From Epithemia pelagica (Eukaryota > Protista > Bacillariophyta), in contig OX337232.1 of assembly GCA_946965045.2 (NCBI GenBank), positions 744,001-808,000 on the forward strand: DNA of 64,000 nt, in the 5' to 3' direction. Each line of letters opens with the position of its first letter. Position 1 is the first letter of the stretch. Below, piece by piece: positions 44,920 through 56,356 of this stretch. The notes below the pieces were generated by a model. It searched no databases. It was not told where the DNA came from and worked only from the letters and a program-made list of their open reading frames with translations. The position numbers and the translations under genes were made by a program.

Positions 44920-47900
44920 CTACGGAGCTAACTACGTAGACTATTTCATGTCATTGCGGCCAAATTAATGGCAGTGATTTTACCGCGACTTGGCCAACAA
45001 AACCTACTCCTAGGACACTGTTCCAATTAGTCGATGGTTGCTTAAAAATCGTAAAACGACTAAGACTATCAAGTTACGACTATCAAGTACGAAAGCAATC
45101 GCCAACATGTCATTGTGGGGCCATTCCTTGCTGTCTTTGTCCAATCCTCAGTTCGACGGGCGAAGAGAAACTCAGAAAGATTTATATGTGAGATTTTGGC
45201 TCAACTTACGAGCACCCAAGTAGCAAAGGTTTTCCGTCGATTATGCAGTGTCAAGAATTGATCGGGCCCAGTCCAAGAATACTGTATTGCGCTCCCTGGG
45301 CTTAAACTTCAAGTTCAAGGCTTTCTCGGTTTTCTCGCGACGATCTACAAAGCCCCTATCATGGGGTTTTCTCTCATAGAACCCTTGCCAAGGAATCGGC
45401 ACACCTGTGTTCAAAGCACAAATGGTAAACAACAAAGATGCGGTATCATGGTCCGGCTTGGGAGTCCAAGCCGTCGTGTTGCCCTTTTGGTACACTTCTC
45501 GATGGGCAAAGGCAAGGCTGCCTCGAAAACCCATGGCTTTTTTGCCAGCCCCATAAACCGAGCAACCCCAGTCAATGAGCACGAAATCTTCACTGCTTTG
45601 GTCAAAAATGATATTGCGAGCACAGACATCCAAATGGAAGACATTCCGTTCATGTGCAAAGTTCAACGCAGACTGGACATCTGTGTAGAGACCCTGAAGT
45701 GCTCCGTATGAAGCTTGCCATTCACGAGCGATCCTTTTGGTGAGAACTTGAAGGCAGGGACGTTGATCGTAGTTCCTCGAATCCTGTAGCAGATGCTTCC
45801 AAAGTCTTTAAGAACGGGAATCGACGGTGGGCGGGAGGCAGGGCTATCGTTTAGAGCCCTCAGAGCTCTCAGCTCCCTTTCAATGTGTTGAACCTCCCCA
45901 ACGACGGAAGATTTCACTACGAAGTTATCATGCTTGGTTCCTCCATTTTCCTCCACCTTTCCTTGGTACACAATCCCATGGGTTCCATATCCAATGACAT
46001 CATGAAGCTCTAGCCGTTTTGCCTGGGCAACTTGTGTAGATTGATTGTGCATATGGTAGCTGGCATTTGCTGACGAGTCTCCCGCAAAGAACTGCAACCC
46101 AAGAACTTTGTCGTCCGAGCAAACCAGTCTGAACAGCTCCTGCATCCCGACCGGTACAGACGTATTGTCGGCAGGAAACGGACAAGAAGCATTATCCGCT
46201 AGATAGGTTTGGTCGCATTCTTTTGGGACAAACTTGTTCATGGCAACCTCCGAAACCAAGGGGAGAATTCCAGATCGCTCGACATCCAGGGACACGTCGC
46301 CAGTTTCCATTCCTGACAAGGTCATTGTGATCACCTCCAAATAAACTGGTGTCATGGCCAGAGCAATGGACTTGAGATTACTACCCACTCCACCAAGATT
46401 GAAGGCAACCAGAGTCCTCTTTGCCAGATGACCAATGCATTGCTTCACGGCCTCCATACGCGTCTCTGCGGGGGTCTTGCGCCCGCAGGAAACGTTTTTG
46501 GCTTCCACAGGTATTGACATTTCATGAGCCAGCAGATAAGGAGTGAAGGCCATGAGCGGATTGACTTCATAATCCACGAATTGTTTGGTACCAGATCGAC
46601 CCCTTTTCGGAATCAAGCGCTGGTTGCGCACATCCGATCGAACCGCCGGCTCCAGTGCGTACATGGCACCTTCCGGAGACCCTGCCGCCACCGCTGCTGG
46701 TGCCACCGCGACATGTTGCTGGTTTCTGGCTTTTTCGTCTGCCGTTTTCTCTGCAGTGCCAAGGAGTGACAGGGTTCGAAGCAGACACGCGGGGATTGGC
46801 TGCACCGCTTTCTTCTCCCCTGTCGCGTAGGATGGAACCGTGCACTTGGTTCTCTTGCCTACCCGCTGCGTGTGCCATCCGAGAATGTGACGGACAGTCT
46901 TGCTGATTTGTGCGTCTGTTGGTTCCTCGTTGATAGTTGCCTGTTCCATGGTATCATTCCAAAACGAGGCAAACTGGAGCAAATTTGCCGGTGGGGGATC
47001 TAGTTTCGGAGGGGCTTGAAACGCGCCAAGATGTTTTTGTGCTACCTGCTGCGCAGGTCCAGGACTGTCCATGTAAACACCCCTCATCATGTCCTTATAA
47101 TGATCTTCAGGGCATTCCTCTTGCGATGCAATGACGGTTGATTGGATCTCTGTTTTGTTGGCATACGCAGCCATGGTCTTGAGGTCGTTGTACACTTGTG
47201 AGAATTTCTCCAAGGTAGCGTTTAGTGGGCGCACAATGCCACGATACAGAGCTCTATGCAGAGAATTAAAATCTTCGACATGCAGGTTATTGAAATCATC
47301 ACTTGACCAACCTTGCAATTTCTGGATATTCAAGTTGGGGAATCGAGCTTTGAGACATTGTAGATTATCACTCGAGAGGAACGTCTCCAGACTTTCGCTT
47401 TGTCCTTTTTCCAATTCATTTCCCTCAGCGGCAAATCCAACCTCGTCAAGGTAACGGTCGACTTGCGCAGAAATGGTTTCGAGTTCAGTCATGGTTCCCT
47501 TTGGGTTTTTGGCATGGAAGGTATGCCAGTGGCGAGTCACGGAATCCTCGTCGGCCGAGTCCGGCGAGGGAGTTTCTGGTTCGCCATGGCCGAGAGGATT
47601 GCGTTTGCGCTTCATGCTGTTACGACTCGTCATGGTGGCGGCTCTCGTGTCCCGTTCTTTCACAGCGTGTGTGGTGGAGACCACACCAAGACCAATGTGC
47701 CATGGACCTCCGCGCTTGAGCGTTCTCCTCAAAACCCGAGATGTTTTATGACGAACGGCGGACAGATGGACTGCTCCGATCTCCGATCGAGGAATCAAAC
47801 TGTGGGTTTCCAGATCGTGTTTCATTTCGGACAAAGTTTGGGAAAATCGGTCCACTTGAGCGCGCAGGAATCTCGGTCCTTGTTGTTCCCTTGGTTTCTT

Positions 47901-48220
47901 CTTTGTCATGGAAGGTATATGCCAGTAGTGGCGAGTCAAGTCGGAGCGAGTTTCTTCGTCTTGTTCGCGATCGTTGAGAGGATAGCGTTGGCGCTTCTTG
48001 TTGTTACGACCTGTCATGCTTATTGCTATCGTGTCGTTCTTCCCGAGTGCGTTGGAGGTGACCCGGCAAAGAAAGTAGTCACGAAAGGGAAAAAGGGAAC
48101 AGGAAATTTGTACAGAGGAAGCAGGTACTTCTCTGTTCCACAAGACGAGTGACTCGGTTTCTCCGAACAACAACCCAACATCCCATCCGCCATCCCTCCA
48201 CCTCCGACTCTGAAACCTTG
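44920..48220 (-). repeat. Right arm of the ~3.4-kb inverted duplication
   Basis: Reverse-complement match to 30070-33510. Confidence 0.92.
45241..47633 (-). pseudogene. PD-(D/E)xK-like nuclease + kinase gene with one frameshift (frame stays open upstream to 48359)
   Basis: EKKAVQPI...FVDYE...IPVEAK...EAVKQCIGHL nuclease-like motifs followed by a kinase. A 1-bp deletion near 45700 (gcactt vs gcaactt) splits ORFs 45663-48359 and 45241-45666; it could be a sequencing error. Confidence 0.75.
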
Positions 48221-48910
48221 AAGACATTATTTGACAATGACAAGGAGAGATGGCAATGGCATGGTATACCGTCGGTGACAGTGACTTTTGTTGTGTGCGC
48301 GCGCAGCGAGCTTCTGGAAGCGCACCTCCATTGGAAGTGGACGCATGCTCCTTTACCATAGTATTTGGAACGTGTACCGAGTGGCGGACGCTCCGCAGTT
48401 CGACTCTCTGTTATTCTATACTTTCGTTCTACACTACCTAGAAATAACACGGACTGCGGGAATCGATTGGACGAAGCGTTGAACGGATGGAACCGTTATT
48501 ATGTGGTGTCCGATCGTCCGTCGTGCGCACAAGAGCAACTCTCCACAGACAAACAGGAAATATGCGTCGAAGAAGAAAAACCTGGAAGAACATGATGAAG
48601 TAGATGAATCGGATGGTGGAAAGAGAGTGAAAAAGGCAACCCAAGAAAACCAACTTTGTCTCGGATTGATATTCCACTACTCTAGAGTGCAACAGCATCA
48701 GGGATCGTCGTTCCAGATCGAGACAAACAACAACGACCGCAAAACCGCAGTGCACACACACGCCACACGTATTCCGGGAGCAACAACAACACACACGACG
48801 AGAGACGTGTGTGTCGTCACCGACTACGGTCGTTCCTTGGAACATTATTGACTTGCAAGTGCGTGTTTTTCCTTCTGAAGAAAAAGCCACTATTCGTACT
48901 ACCTATAGAA

Positions 48911-51900
48911 ATGTCGTCGTCGTTTTCCACTCCTCCCACAGCGACGGCCGCGACCGATTCCGGGACCTCCCAAGCACAACGACAACGACAACCACCCTAC
49001 GACGAGGATGATGCAGTGCCACGGGGCCTTCACAGCAATCCCACCACGTATTATTCGTCCAAACAGAGACCACCCGTGGCACCCCCACCCACGACGACAA
49101 CCAGCAATCGACTGTCGTCGTCCAGTAGTCTCTTTCAAAGCCAACCGGCCCCGTTTGCCGCAAGCCACCGTCCTGCTACCCACCACCACCATTCGGGCCA
49201 CAACAACAACCACAAGAATCACAACCACAACAAGAATCATCACAACAACAAGAAGAAGCAAGCCCGTCAGAATTGGATCAAGGCGGCGTCCAAAGTATGG
49301 AAGCAACAAAAGAATCGATTGGTGGAACATGCCCGAACCAGTTTGAGCAAGGATCAACAACCCCCTCCGCCCGACATTTTTGGAGAAGCCTTGGCCCGAC
49401 GACTCAACCACACGGCCGACTTTGGCCGTTCCACGAATACGAATACGACTCTCCGACGAACCACCACCGACACTACCAACGGCGCATCCGTGGTGTCGTT
49501 CGGACTGCCCTTGCTCAGTCGTCGAAATTGGGAGTGGGTGGGACGACAACTGCTTCCCCAATTCGACCCGTCCTCCTCGATCCAACCCGAGGACCAACCA
49601 GACCAGAAGGACGATCCACCACAGGACTCGAACCAAACCGCCACTCACAACGCTCGACCCCCACCGGGTCGTCGTCGTCGTAAAATCATGCCAGACAACC
49701 ACCACCACCACACTAATACGGCATCACCCTCATCCCTCGAGTGGATTGCCCAAGAGACCGTGTCGTGGCGACGGGTCGGAAGGGCCACCATGGTGGTTGG
49801 GGTATTGGGATTGCTGGTGATTCTCGTCATTGGTCATGGAGTCATTGTCTGGACCTTGCACGTCACATGGTACTGTGTCGTGACACTCTTTTTGGTGTTG
49901 GTCGATTGGGACGACCTGCGACCCTGGATGGCTGCCCTGGTCGGCAGGATCCAGGGGGGTGCATCGTCCTCGTCGTATCCGACGGGCACATGGTGGGGCA
50001 TTGTGCGAGGCATTGTCACACCGGGCCGCTTTGTGGGACGCGAATGGACCTCCCGTTCCTTTGTTGTGGCACCCTCGCGTCGCGTCACGCAAAATGTCTA
50101 TCCCATTCTCGTTTCCAATAACAGGAGGAGTTGGAAACCATCGAGTCAAACGTGCAGTCTCTGGGACCTCCCTCCGCCCGTCGGTCCTTCTGCCAACAAC
50201 AGCAAGAAGGAACGGACCGGCTCTTCCTCCTTTGTTCGACCGTCGGAATGGAGTGACGAAACGGCGACCCATGTCGCCGCCATTCACTATTGTTTTGTCA
50301 TGTTGCAAGAAGAAGAACGGGTGCGGGCCGCTCGCAAATTGCAAAAACAACAACAATCACGTTCCAACACTACCAATGCCAACCACAACACGACCAAGAG
50401 TCTCAACAAATCCCCCGGGTTGGTCCAAGAAGAAATTACCATTCCCCCCATGCGTCCCGTTCCGGCACCGACCAATCCTACGAGTAGTAGTGCCGGATCC
50501 TCTCAAGGACCACCACCACCTTTCACCCAACGACGACCACAAGGACGACAAGTGGGATCCAATTTGTTGCGATCTCCGATGGATCCACTCATGCCGCCAT
50601 CGGCGGCCCCTACGAATCCGAATCCCAGGAGCCTTCCCACACGGTCCGACGGCGCACCATCATCCGTGGAGGATCCAACGACTACTGCTACGACGACGAA
50701 TAACAACAACAACAAGGAAAACAATATTCTGTTGGGACCCATTTTGCAATCCTTGGACGATTACTTTTCCTCTCCCACGTCCCCATCCGACCAAACCAAA
50801 CTACCCGCAGCAGACGGACAACCACCACACGAAGAAGAAGAATCGGAAGAACTGATTGCCGAAGCAATTGAAATGAAGGTTCAAGAAGAAGAACCCAGTC
50901 CGCTTCGTCCCGAAGGGATTTTGGTCCGAAATCGATCGTCAGCTTCGGCCCAACACGATGTGTCCTTTTCCTTTAGTGTCATGGACGAAGACGACGATGG
51001 TCCACACTATCCACATTCTCGTCATCATCATCATCCTTCGGATAGTGGCTTGTTGGGATATAGTCATACGGCATCCTCCATTGGAACCGTGGGATCCACA
51101 CTGAGCGATGGAGGAGGCGATGCGTCGGCTTCCACGGGCACGGGGGATGGAGGTGGGGGTGGAATGACCACTGCCACAAGTCCCACGTTGTGGTATGCCA
51201 ACCATTCCTCCAATCATCATACTCGTTCCTATAGTCGAGGTAGTGGTGGTGCTGGTGCTGCGGAAGAGCATTCCGATGTGGACTTGCCGTGGTTGGATGT
51301 GGGTGCCAAAATTGGGATGCAATTTCTCAATTCGGCTCATGTTCATCGTGCCGTCGTGGCCAAGGAACGCTTTGGTGCATCGGAAGAAGCAGCCGTATCG
51401 ACACCCACGGCACCACGACAGTACGCGTCGTCCGTACCTCCCAATTTGACCCACCACCCATGCGATTCCTTGGTTCCCCACTCCGCAACCCACGGGGCCG
51501 TACGGTCTCACACCACCATCACCCATGCGGGCGATGCTATGCATCCCGCCCTGTCAGGCACAACCACCACCACGACCGCGACACTGACGACCCCCACCAC
51601 CACGGCACCCTCCTTTCCGCATAATGTCTTGCCCACCCTTCAAGTGGTGGGGGCTGGGTCGCAACAACCTCAACCATCTTCCACCAAACTCGCCAAGCCC
51701 ATTCATCCCTTTTGGACCTCCGCCACGGCAGCCGCCATTAAATATGAACCATCCAAGGATTTTGAAGATAACGACGACGATGACGAAGAACAAGTCGACG
51801 ACAAGAACAAGATGTTGGATACCGTCATGGAAAAGAGGGCACCCAAAGAAGGTTTTTACCGAGAAAAACGAGAGAAACAACGTACAGCATCAACGGATGA

Positions 51901-54900
51901 TCCCGTTTCTTCCGATATTAGCAAACCAGCCAAGGATACGAATCGGGAGCAAGAAGAAGGTGAAGAGCAAGTGAAAATCGAACCAGCGCTGTCATGGAGC
52001 CCTGTCGTCACCATTAGCACCAGTGAAGAAGCCGAAGCTACACCGTCTCTACCCGACACAACCACTATTGAAATCGAGAGGAGAGGCATTCACAACAACA
52101 ACAATCCCAACACACGACGTGATGCAGTGGTGGAGCCATGTACACGAGACCATGACGCCATCACCAAGAACGTTGATTTGCCTCCCCAAAGCCGTCGAAC
52201 GCATATTTTTAGCAGTTGGACACGAGGCAAAAGGTCGACCGGGGAATCAAACACTTTTGCTGCCGGACAAAAGAATGGTGTTGCACATCCCAGTAAGCCT
52301 TTAACTCCTCGGAAACGACGAGAGCCGTTGGCCGCAGGCGTGAAAGTGGCGGTCCCTCTCTTTCCGTTTCAGCCACATACCAAACTGCAGCAAAAGCAAG
52401 AGCAGCGTTGTGGTGGTCGCAGCAGAATAAACCGAAAACGACCGTATCAAATGGGTACAGTGGTATCGAGCGAACGAATCTTTGTGAAGGAGGAAGGAGA
52501 AGATGATGAAAATGCCACCAATTGCTTGTCAGTCACGGTTCAGTTGGACAAGTCGTTTTTGCGGAATGGTGAGTTTGCCGAATTGACCTTTCGTGTCATG
52601 GACTCCTGGTTGGACGACCGATACATGCCTGCCCATTCCAAGGCTCCCGTGGGTTCTTGTGTGGCGACCATGTTTGGATTGGGTGTTTTGGTTGGGTGGC
52701 GTGTGGAAGACGATTGTCACTTGGTGCGTTCCTTGTGGCAGCGGCGAGGGCCTGGTGCCAGTTGTGCCTATTTGAATCGAGATGCCATTCATTGCGTCAT
52801 GGAAGCGTCTGTTGGCTTTCACGTACAGACGAAATTTGGTGCCGGATTGATCGTCGCCTATGTGGATAGTGGTGGTCAGCGTTTTGACAAGGGTCGCTTC
52901 TTGGTATCCATTCAAGAGGAAGGTCGACAACACTGCGGTCAAGTGGTAGAGTTGTATCGTCCGGATATCCTTGAATGTCCCGGTGCACAGTTCATTCCTG
53001 TCATTGAACACATTCGTGAAGCGGCTCACTTCCAAATTCAAGTGGACAATTATCAAGCTGCCCTCCGTGAACAACAACTGCGGAGAATAGATCGTGGTCA
53101 GGGCATTGGTGGTGATGGAAGCGAGCACACTGAAGATGAAGACGATGAAGATGGTGATATGATACCCACGACAAGTCAAACCTTTTGGCAAACGGGATCT
53201 GCATGGGCGGAAATATTGTGGAATAGTTTTCTGAAAGCGGTTGAAGAAGACGAGGGCGATGCTGTCGATAGCTGGCTAAACGATTTGATCCAAGGGATTG
53301 TTGTTTTCTTGGAACGACTCGATGAACATCCTTCTACGAGTGACAATAGGCAACCTAAAGCCCTACGAGAAGAAAAGAAAGAAGCAGATGCCGATGATCA
53401 TGGGCGTGGAAAGTCGAACGCCGAGGACGAGAACAATCACTTGCGAAAACCCTCGTTTGATACAAGTACAGTGGTGTCAGGTGACTTTGAAATTGAACTG
53501 GTCGCAAGCGACGACAACAACGATAACTCCATGAACGAGGGCGATTCAAAACAGAAGGAAGCTGCGCAATCGTCGGAACCAGGACTCTGGCTTTTAAATG
53601 ACATTTTTGGCGGTGTCTTTAGTTCGAAAAGTTCTACAGACAAGAATCCATCCACCGACGAGGGTAGTCAAACCGAACAGGCTGCTGACAAGAATGGTCC
53701 GTCGGATCGTGATGTATACTACAATCGTCTCTTTGCTGTGATGCGTACATTGATGAAAACCATATCCATTGCCCGAGTGGCCAGTGTAGAACACCCTCAT
53801 CTTCGCTTGGCGCTCGCGATCGTTTACGATTTTTTCATGTTTTGTCGAACCTTTCTCAAAGTCCAACGACGCAATGTTTCCAACCATTCCATCAAAATTT
53901 GGAATCGAGCTTTTCATGAAGCTTCATCCACATTTGGTCCTATTCACGAACGTTTGGAAAAGATCGGTCAAGGAATTGCGCAACGAATGGAAACACAGGG
54001 AAGACGAGCCAAAGCTCGCCTGCTCAAATTTGCTGATGCTTTGTTGGGCGATGAACGTTTGCTGTTCGCATTGGAACAGGGTGACTGGGACAGATGTGCG
54101 ATACGATTGGAATATGCATTGGTTAGATCCAGGATTATTGAGAAAGAAAACTTGGTCTACTACCGCAAAGCAGCGAGTTTTGTTCATCGGCATTGGAAAT
54201 TGATTATCACTGGCGATGCCATTTCTTCCTCCACCAACGACGGGAACAAAAGCGGTGCTGCGGCAGCACGCAATAACGAGAAGCTGGCACTGTTTGCCAA
54301 GTTTGTGCAGTGGATCGCGGCCCCGCGTCGATCGTTACTCAAACTTTTCGAACGGAACGATGTGCTGGAAGTTTTTGAGAGAATCTTAGTTCGAGTTTTT
54401 CACAAAAAGGAAGAAATGACCTCCAGTCGTATGTTAGCGATTCATGCTTCCAACTTCCATTCGCTACGACATTTGCGTCTTCTCAAAGACTTCTCGACTT
54501 CTGGTCGACGTCTATGGATGCCTGTCCTAGATGCTGCGGACGAGGAATTTGCTTGGCTGGTGTCGCAGCTACCTTTTGGTGAAACATCGAAGGATTTTAT
54601 GGTGCCGTTGTCCAATCTCTTCTCGTTGTGTGTCGCCCATTTTCACAAAATCGATCGCGATTTGACAACGGACTGGATGGACTTCTTGCTGGAAGACGAG
54701 GCTGTTCAAATCATTCATGATATTGATACCAAACTCATTCTCGCAGTAGAATCTTTTGCGCGAGATGTGAAAGAAATGATGCTTATCCTTCCGTACTATT
54801 CGAGCATTGATGATGATCTCCTTGGGCTCATGGATGAGGTAGACTTAGATGAATTTCTTCGCGAAGCTTCGGAAGCGATGGAGGATGAAGAGAAACTGAA

Positions 54901-56209
54901 TGAATTTATTCGAGAAAAGGCTACGATCGCGATTGAGAGGTTTTTGAACTATCTGCCTCGAATGTCAATACCAGTCGAGAAGCGTGAACTCATGGAGGGT
55001 TGGGTGCTTACATGTCGCGGAGAAGATGGCGGTGATTTAACTCTTTCGGATGTGAAGGTCCAACGGGAGAATCTTGTATGCCAAATTTTGGGAGGCGACG
55101 CGCTGTTCTTCCCCATGTTTGGTGGCCAGGACGGCTTGGACATTGGAAGTAGCAGCGAGACGGTGGCACACCGCTCGCCTCTTTCTTCCCCGTCTCATGT
55201 CAGTTTTCTTGGTAGCGGTAGTGTGAGTGGTGGTGTGGTGGAAGAATCATCGGTTCTAGACCACATCCGAGATCTTCTGCTTCAAGCACAGACTCATGGA
55301 TGTTGGAAACAAGGAGTCGGAGGGATCGCTCAACCGCCCTCGGATCGCTATGTGGCATCCGTTCTTCAGAATCTCCCCGTTTCGAATGTGTTGAATTGCG
55401 GAATTGAGCTATGGCGAAACTTGGAAATTGACGACGACGAGTTGTTGGAGATTGCCGTTAGAGATGTGTCCTATCAAATTCAATTACAAAAAGAACGAGA
55501 AGAAAAAGAAGCCAAGCAACGCGGTGAATGGGTGTCGTCGAAACGATCCGAGGATGCCAGTGACGTTCCGTCCACCTATATTGGCTCTGTTGCATCCTCC
55601 TCTCGAGCTTCTCATACTTCTTCTATGCATCGGAAAGTGCACGAATTCCCAACGTCGCCTCAGGTCACTTCATTTGACTCGAAGCGGAAACGATTCAATC
55701 CGCGTGTTGATCCAACAGTCTTCTTCCTGGAAATGAGAAACCTCACCCTGAACCTGGACAAGTTTCGATTCCGAATTGAAAAGAGTGAGCAATCACGCAC
55801 GTTGTTGGATCCTGTATTTGATGGAAAGGGTTCACTACTAATTCAGAACGTCTCCATTCGACTTCGAATCGAATGCGCCAAGGAACGCATGAGAAGGACG
55901 ACTGCTTTGCTCGGGGAATCGTTTATTCCTATTCTCGTGTTGAGAGAACTTACAACATCTCTGGAGAAAGTAGACCTAAAAGTGAAAGATACCGGGTTTG
56001 GTTCCGACTGGCTTGTCAACAAGGCTGTTGAAGCCTTTGCAGACGACATTACAAAAGTTGTGGCCGAAAATTTACGCGAACAAATCCTTCAGCAAGTCAA
56101 AACGGCCATTGAAAATCTCAATTCCTATTTCTTGGTGAATCCCAACATGCTGTTAAATTTGCTGGGAATTTCCATGGAAGATCTGGATGACCAAATTGTA
56201 TGGGTGTGA
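48911..56209 (+). CDS. Very large (~2430 aa) single-ORF protein with an N-terminal membrane segment and a possible BPI/TULIP-like C-terminus
   Basis: Uninterrupted ORF from ATG 48911. TM segment MVVGVLGLLVILVIGHGVIVWTL. The C-terminal LNLDKFRFRIEK...LEKVDLKVKDTGFGSDWLVNKAVEAF resembles lipid-transfer TULIP/HAM1-like folds (tentative). Confidence 0.75.
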   Translation: MSSSFSTPPTATAATDSGTSQAQRQRQPPYDEDDAVPRGLHSNPTTYYSSKQRPPVAPPPTTTTSNRLSSSSSLFQSQPAPFAASHRPATHHHHSGHNNNHKNHNHNKNHHNNKKKQARQNWIKAASKVWKQQKNRLVEHARTSLSKDQQPPPPDIFGEALARRLNHTADFGRSTNTNTTLRRTTTDTTNGASVVSFGLPLLSRRNWEWVGRQLLPQFDPSSSIQPEDQPDQKDDPPQDSNQTATHNARPPPGRRRRKIMPDNHHHHTNTASPSSLEWIAQETVSWRRVGRATMVVGVLGLLVILVIGHGVIVWTLHVTWYCVVTLFLVLVDWDDLRPWMAALVGRIQGGASSSSYPTGTWWGIVRGIVTPGRFVGREWTSRSFVVAPSRRVTQNVYPILVSNNRRSWKPSSQTCSLWDLPPPVGPSANNSKKERTGSSSFVRPSEWSDETATHVAAIHYCFVMLQEEERVRAARKLQKQQQSRSNTTNANHNTTKSLNKSPGLVQEEITIPPMRPVPAPTNPTSSSAGSSQGPPPPFTQRRPQGRQVGSNLLRSPMDPLMPPSAAPTNPNPRSLPTRSDGAPSSVEDPTTTATTTNNNNNKENNILLGPILQSLDDYFSSPTSPSDQTKLPAADGQPPHEEEESEELIAEAIEMKVQEEEPSPLRPEGILVRNRSSASAQHDVSFSFSVMDEDDDGPHYPHSRHHHHPSDSGLLGYSHTASSIGTVGSTLSDGGGDASASTGTGDGGGGGMTTATSPTLWYANHSSNHHTRSYSRGSGGAGAAEEHSDVDLPWLDVGAKIGMQFLNSAHVHRAVVAKERFGASEEAAVSTPTAPRQYASSVPPNLTHHPCDSLVPHSATHGAVRSHTTITHAGDAMHPALSGTTTTTTATLTTPTTTAPSFPHNVLPTLQVVGAGSQQPQPSSTKLAKPIHPFWTSATAAAIKYEPSKDFEDNDDDDEEQVDDKNKMLDTVMEKRAPKEGFYREKREKQRTASTDDPVSSDISKPAKDTNREQEEGEEQVKIEPALSWSPVVTISTSEEAEATPSLPDTTTIEIERRGIHNNNNPNTRRDAVVEPCTRDHDAITKNVDLPPQSRRTHIFSSWTRGKRSTGESNTFAAGQKNGVAHPSKPLTPRKRREPLAAGVKVAVPLFPFQPHTKLQQKQEQRCGGRSRINRKRPYQMGTVVSSERIFVKEEGEDDENATNCLSVTVQLDKSFLRNGEFAELTFRVMDSWLDDRYMPAHSKAPVGSCVATMFGLGVLVGWRVEDDCHLVRSLWQRRGPGASCAYLNRDAIHCVMEASVGFHVQTKFGAGLIVAYVDSGGQRFDKGRFLVSIQEEGRQHCGQVVELYRPDILECPGAQFIPVIEHIREAAHFQIQVDNYQAALREQQLRRIDRGQGIGGDGSEHTEDEDDEDGDMIPTTSQTFWQTGSAWAEILWNSFLKAVEEDEGDAVDSWLNDLIQGIVVFLERLDEHPSTSDNRQPKALREEKKEADADDHGRGKSNAEDENNHLRKPSFDTSTVVSGDFEIELVASDDNNDNSMNEGDSKQKEAAQSSEPGLWLLNDIFGGVFSSKSSTDKNPSTDEGSQTEQAADKNGPSDRDVYYNRLFAVMRTLMKTISIARVASVEHPHLRLALAIVYDFFMFCRTFLKVQRRNVSNHSIKIWNRAFHEASSTFGPIHERLEKIGQGIAQRMETQGRRAKARLLKFADALLGDERLLFALEQGDWDRCAIRLEYALVRSRIIEKENLVYYRKAASFVHRHWKLIITGDAISSSTNDGNKSGAAAARNNEKLALFAKFVQWIAAPRRSLLKLFERNDVLEVFERILVRVFHKKEEMTSSRMLAIHASNFHSLRHLRLLKDFSTSGRRLWMPVLDAADEEFAWLVSQLPFGETSKDFMVPLSNLFSLCVAHFHKIDRDLTTDWMDFLLEDEAVQIIHDIDTKLILAVESFARDVKEMMLILPYYSSIDDDLLGLMDEVDLDEFLREASEAMEDEEKLNEFIREKATIAIERFLNYLPRMSIPVEKRELMEGWVLTCRGEDGGDLTLSDVKVQRENLVCQILGGDALFFPMFGGQDGLDIGSSSETVAHRSPLSSPSHVSFLGSGSVSGGVVEESSVLDHIRDLLLQAQTHGCWKQGVGGIAQPPSDRYVASVLQNLPVSNVLNCGIELWRNLEIDDDELLEIAVRDVSYQIQLQKEREEKEAKQRGEWVSSKRSEDASDVPSTYIGSVASSSRASHTSSMHRKVHEFPTSPQVTSFDSKRKRFNPRVDPTVFFLEMRNLTLNLDKFRFRIEKSEQSRTLLDPVFDGKGSLLIQNVSIRLRIECAKERMRRTTALLGESFIPILVLRELTTSLEKVDLKVKDTGFGSDWLVNKAVEAFADDITKVVAENLREQILQQVKTAIENLNSYFLVNPNMLLNLLGISMEDLDDQIVWV

Positions 56210-56356
56210 AGCGTTTTGTGCGCCCCCAAAGCATCAGCCAATCAGAAGGAGTGATAAATTTCATGCACAAAAGTCCTTCCTTAAAGTTTTGTTGTTTGTG
56301 AATATCCATAAATCACAGTTCTATTTCAACGCAATAGACACTGTCTTCTTTTCGTC

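Noticed and set aside
30070-48220. Maverick/Polinton or other giant TIR transposon
   Set aside because: No integrase, protein-primed polymerase, capsid, ATPase or DDE transposase was found, and the enclosed genes are host housekeeping genes.
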